This document shows, in pieces, positions 62,835-64,000 of a DNA stretch of 64,000 nucleotides. Both the position numbers and the translations under genes were made by a program. Origin of the DNA: Tubulanus polymorphus (lineage: Eukaryota; Animalia; Nemertea); assembly GCF_964204645.1 (NCBI RefSeq), contig NC_134026.1, positions 14,232,150 through 14,296,149 of the forward strand, given 5' to 3'. Numbering within the stretch: the stretch's first letter is position 1; every line of letters starts with the position of its first letter. A model generated the notes under the pieces. That model did not search any database and had not been told where the DNA came from. It saw only the letters and a program-made list of their open reading frames with translations.

Positions 62835-64000
62835 ATTTAAGGTAAAGATTATTTTGATAAAGATAAATATAAGCAACAAAAGATAAAAAAAAAACAAAAA
62901 ATTAACTAAACAAGAAAAGACCATACATGGAAGATGTAAAAAATTACATTATTTATTAGATGATAAAAGAGATATGAAATAGCTGAAGTATTTAAAATTG
63001 ATATTGGTTCAGCAGCTATTGAGTTTAAATTTTTGGCAAAACATTAGAAAACAATAAAAAATATTTAGAAAATATGAAAGATATAATATAAATAATTACA
63101 GGCGAGGAATATCCAAAAATAAGTATATCTGCGAAAGTTAAATTCATAAAATCTGAAGATAAACCAATATATAATATAAAATCTCATTCACAACATATTT
63201 TTTCAACACATATAGTCGATAGATTAGATAAATGTCATAATGAATGTCCAAATTTTTCAAATAAATCCGATAATAATAATACATCTGATTTTAGATATAA
63301 ATCAACTAATTCTCCATGATCTTTCATTTTGAAATGATTCCGAATATTTAATGTTCCATTAAAAACTTCATCTTTTATATCTTCATTTTTAATTGATCAT
63401 AAAATTGTTGTTTTAAAAATTGTGTTATTTTTAAATCATTATGATTTGTTATAAAAATAATATGGAATTGCGCCTTTTTAACTCATTAATTGAAAATCAT
63501 TATTTTTGGATTATATTGTTTTAATATTTTTAATTCATCACCAATTAAACTTTTAGATTATCAAGAGATCTACTTAAAAATCTATAGGAATCTATGAATC
63601 TTCAATATCCAAATTGAAAAGATATTGATTATGTTTTATGTTGGTAGTAAAGATTTTTCTATAATATGTGAGCGAAGTGGAAGAAGTGAAAGAATTAACT
63701 GTGAAGGAATAACCGAGAACACAGAACAAATTGAATGGTCGCGGCAATTAGAAATTAAATCAAAACAACTTGAAAAGCACAAAAAGAAAAAATGAATAAC
63801 GAAAATAAAGATGAATATAATGTTGAATATAATGTTATTTCTACTCCTTCTAAATTATTTAATGAATTTTTATTATTCAACTGGACTGGTAATTTTACTC
63901 ATTTTGATTGGATGTAATTGGTATGAAAAATCAAATAAATTTTGTTGTAATAATTCTGAAACTTCTACTTTTAAAAACGAAGAAACTACTGAAATTCCAA
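62835..64000. mobile_element. Jumbled Polinton fragments: pPolB N-terminal piece (+), pPolB internal piece (-, ~63250-63640), small TM gene (+)
   Basis: IGSAAIEFKF...YPKISISAKVKFIKSE; minus strand FIDSYRFL...HGELVDLYLKSDVLLLSDLFENF; SEVEEVKELTVK. Confidence 0.75.

Overview
AT-rich animal (probably invertebrate) genomic DNA. The only host gene I can support is four consecutive phase-0 coding exons of delta-1-pyrroline-5-carboxylate synthase (P5CS/ALDH18A1, gamma-glutamyl kinase part) on the + strand at 30185-30325, 31559-31666, 32573-32725 and 58256-58474; the flanking exons were not found in the window. More than half of the window is decayed copies of one Polinton/Maverick-type (adintovirus-like) endogenous virus family. 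The best copy (42432-54189) has 68-bp TIRs with AGT...ACT ends and a 6-bp GCTGTT target-site duplication, and keeps penton-like, capsid-like, integrase and ATPase genes but has lost its polymerase. The rest is a Helitron remnant, LINE and Penelope fragments, MITE/HINE-like repeats and microsatellites. Main finding: both polymerase copies that reach the catalytic YxD-TDS motif are interrupted there by an intein with a LAGLIDADG homing-endonuclease motif, resembling the giant-virus (Mimivirus-type) pol-c intein. The family also carries a giant-virus-type HNH endonuclease gene and starts nearly every gene with TAAATG, the poxvirus late-promoter motif. Together these suggest, as inference only, a virophage-like animal Polinton that co-replicated with a large cytoplasmic DNA virus. 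All protein family calls come from motif recognition, not database searches, and the boundaries of decayed elements are approximate.
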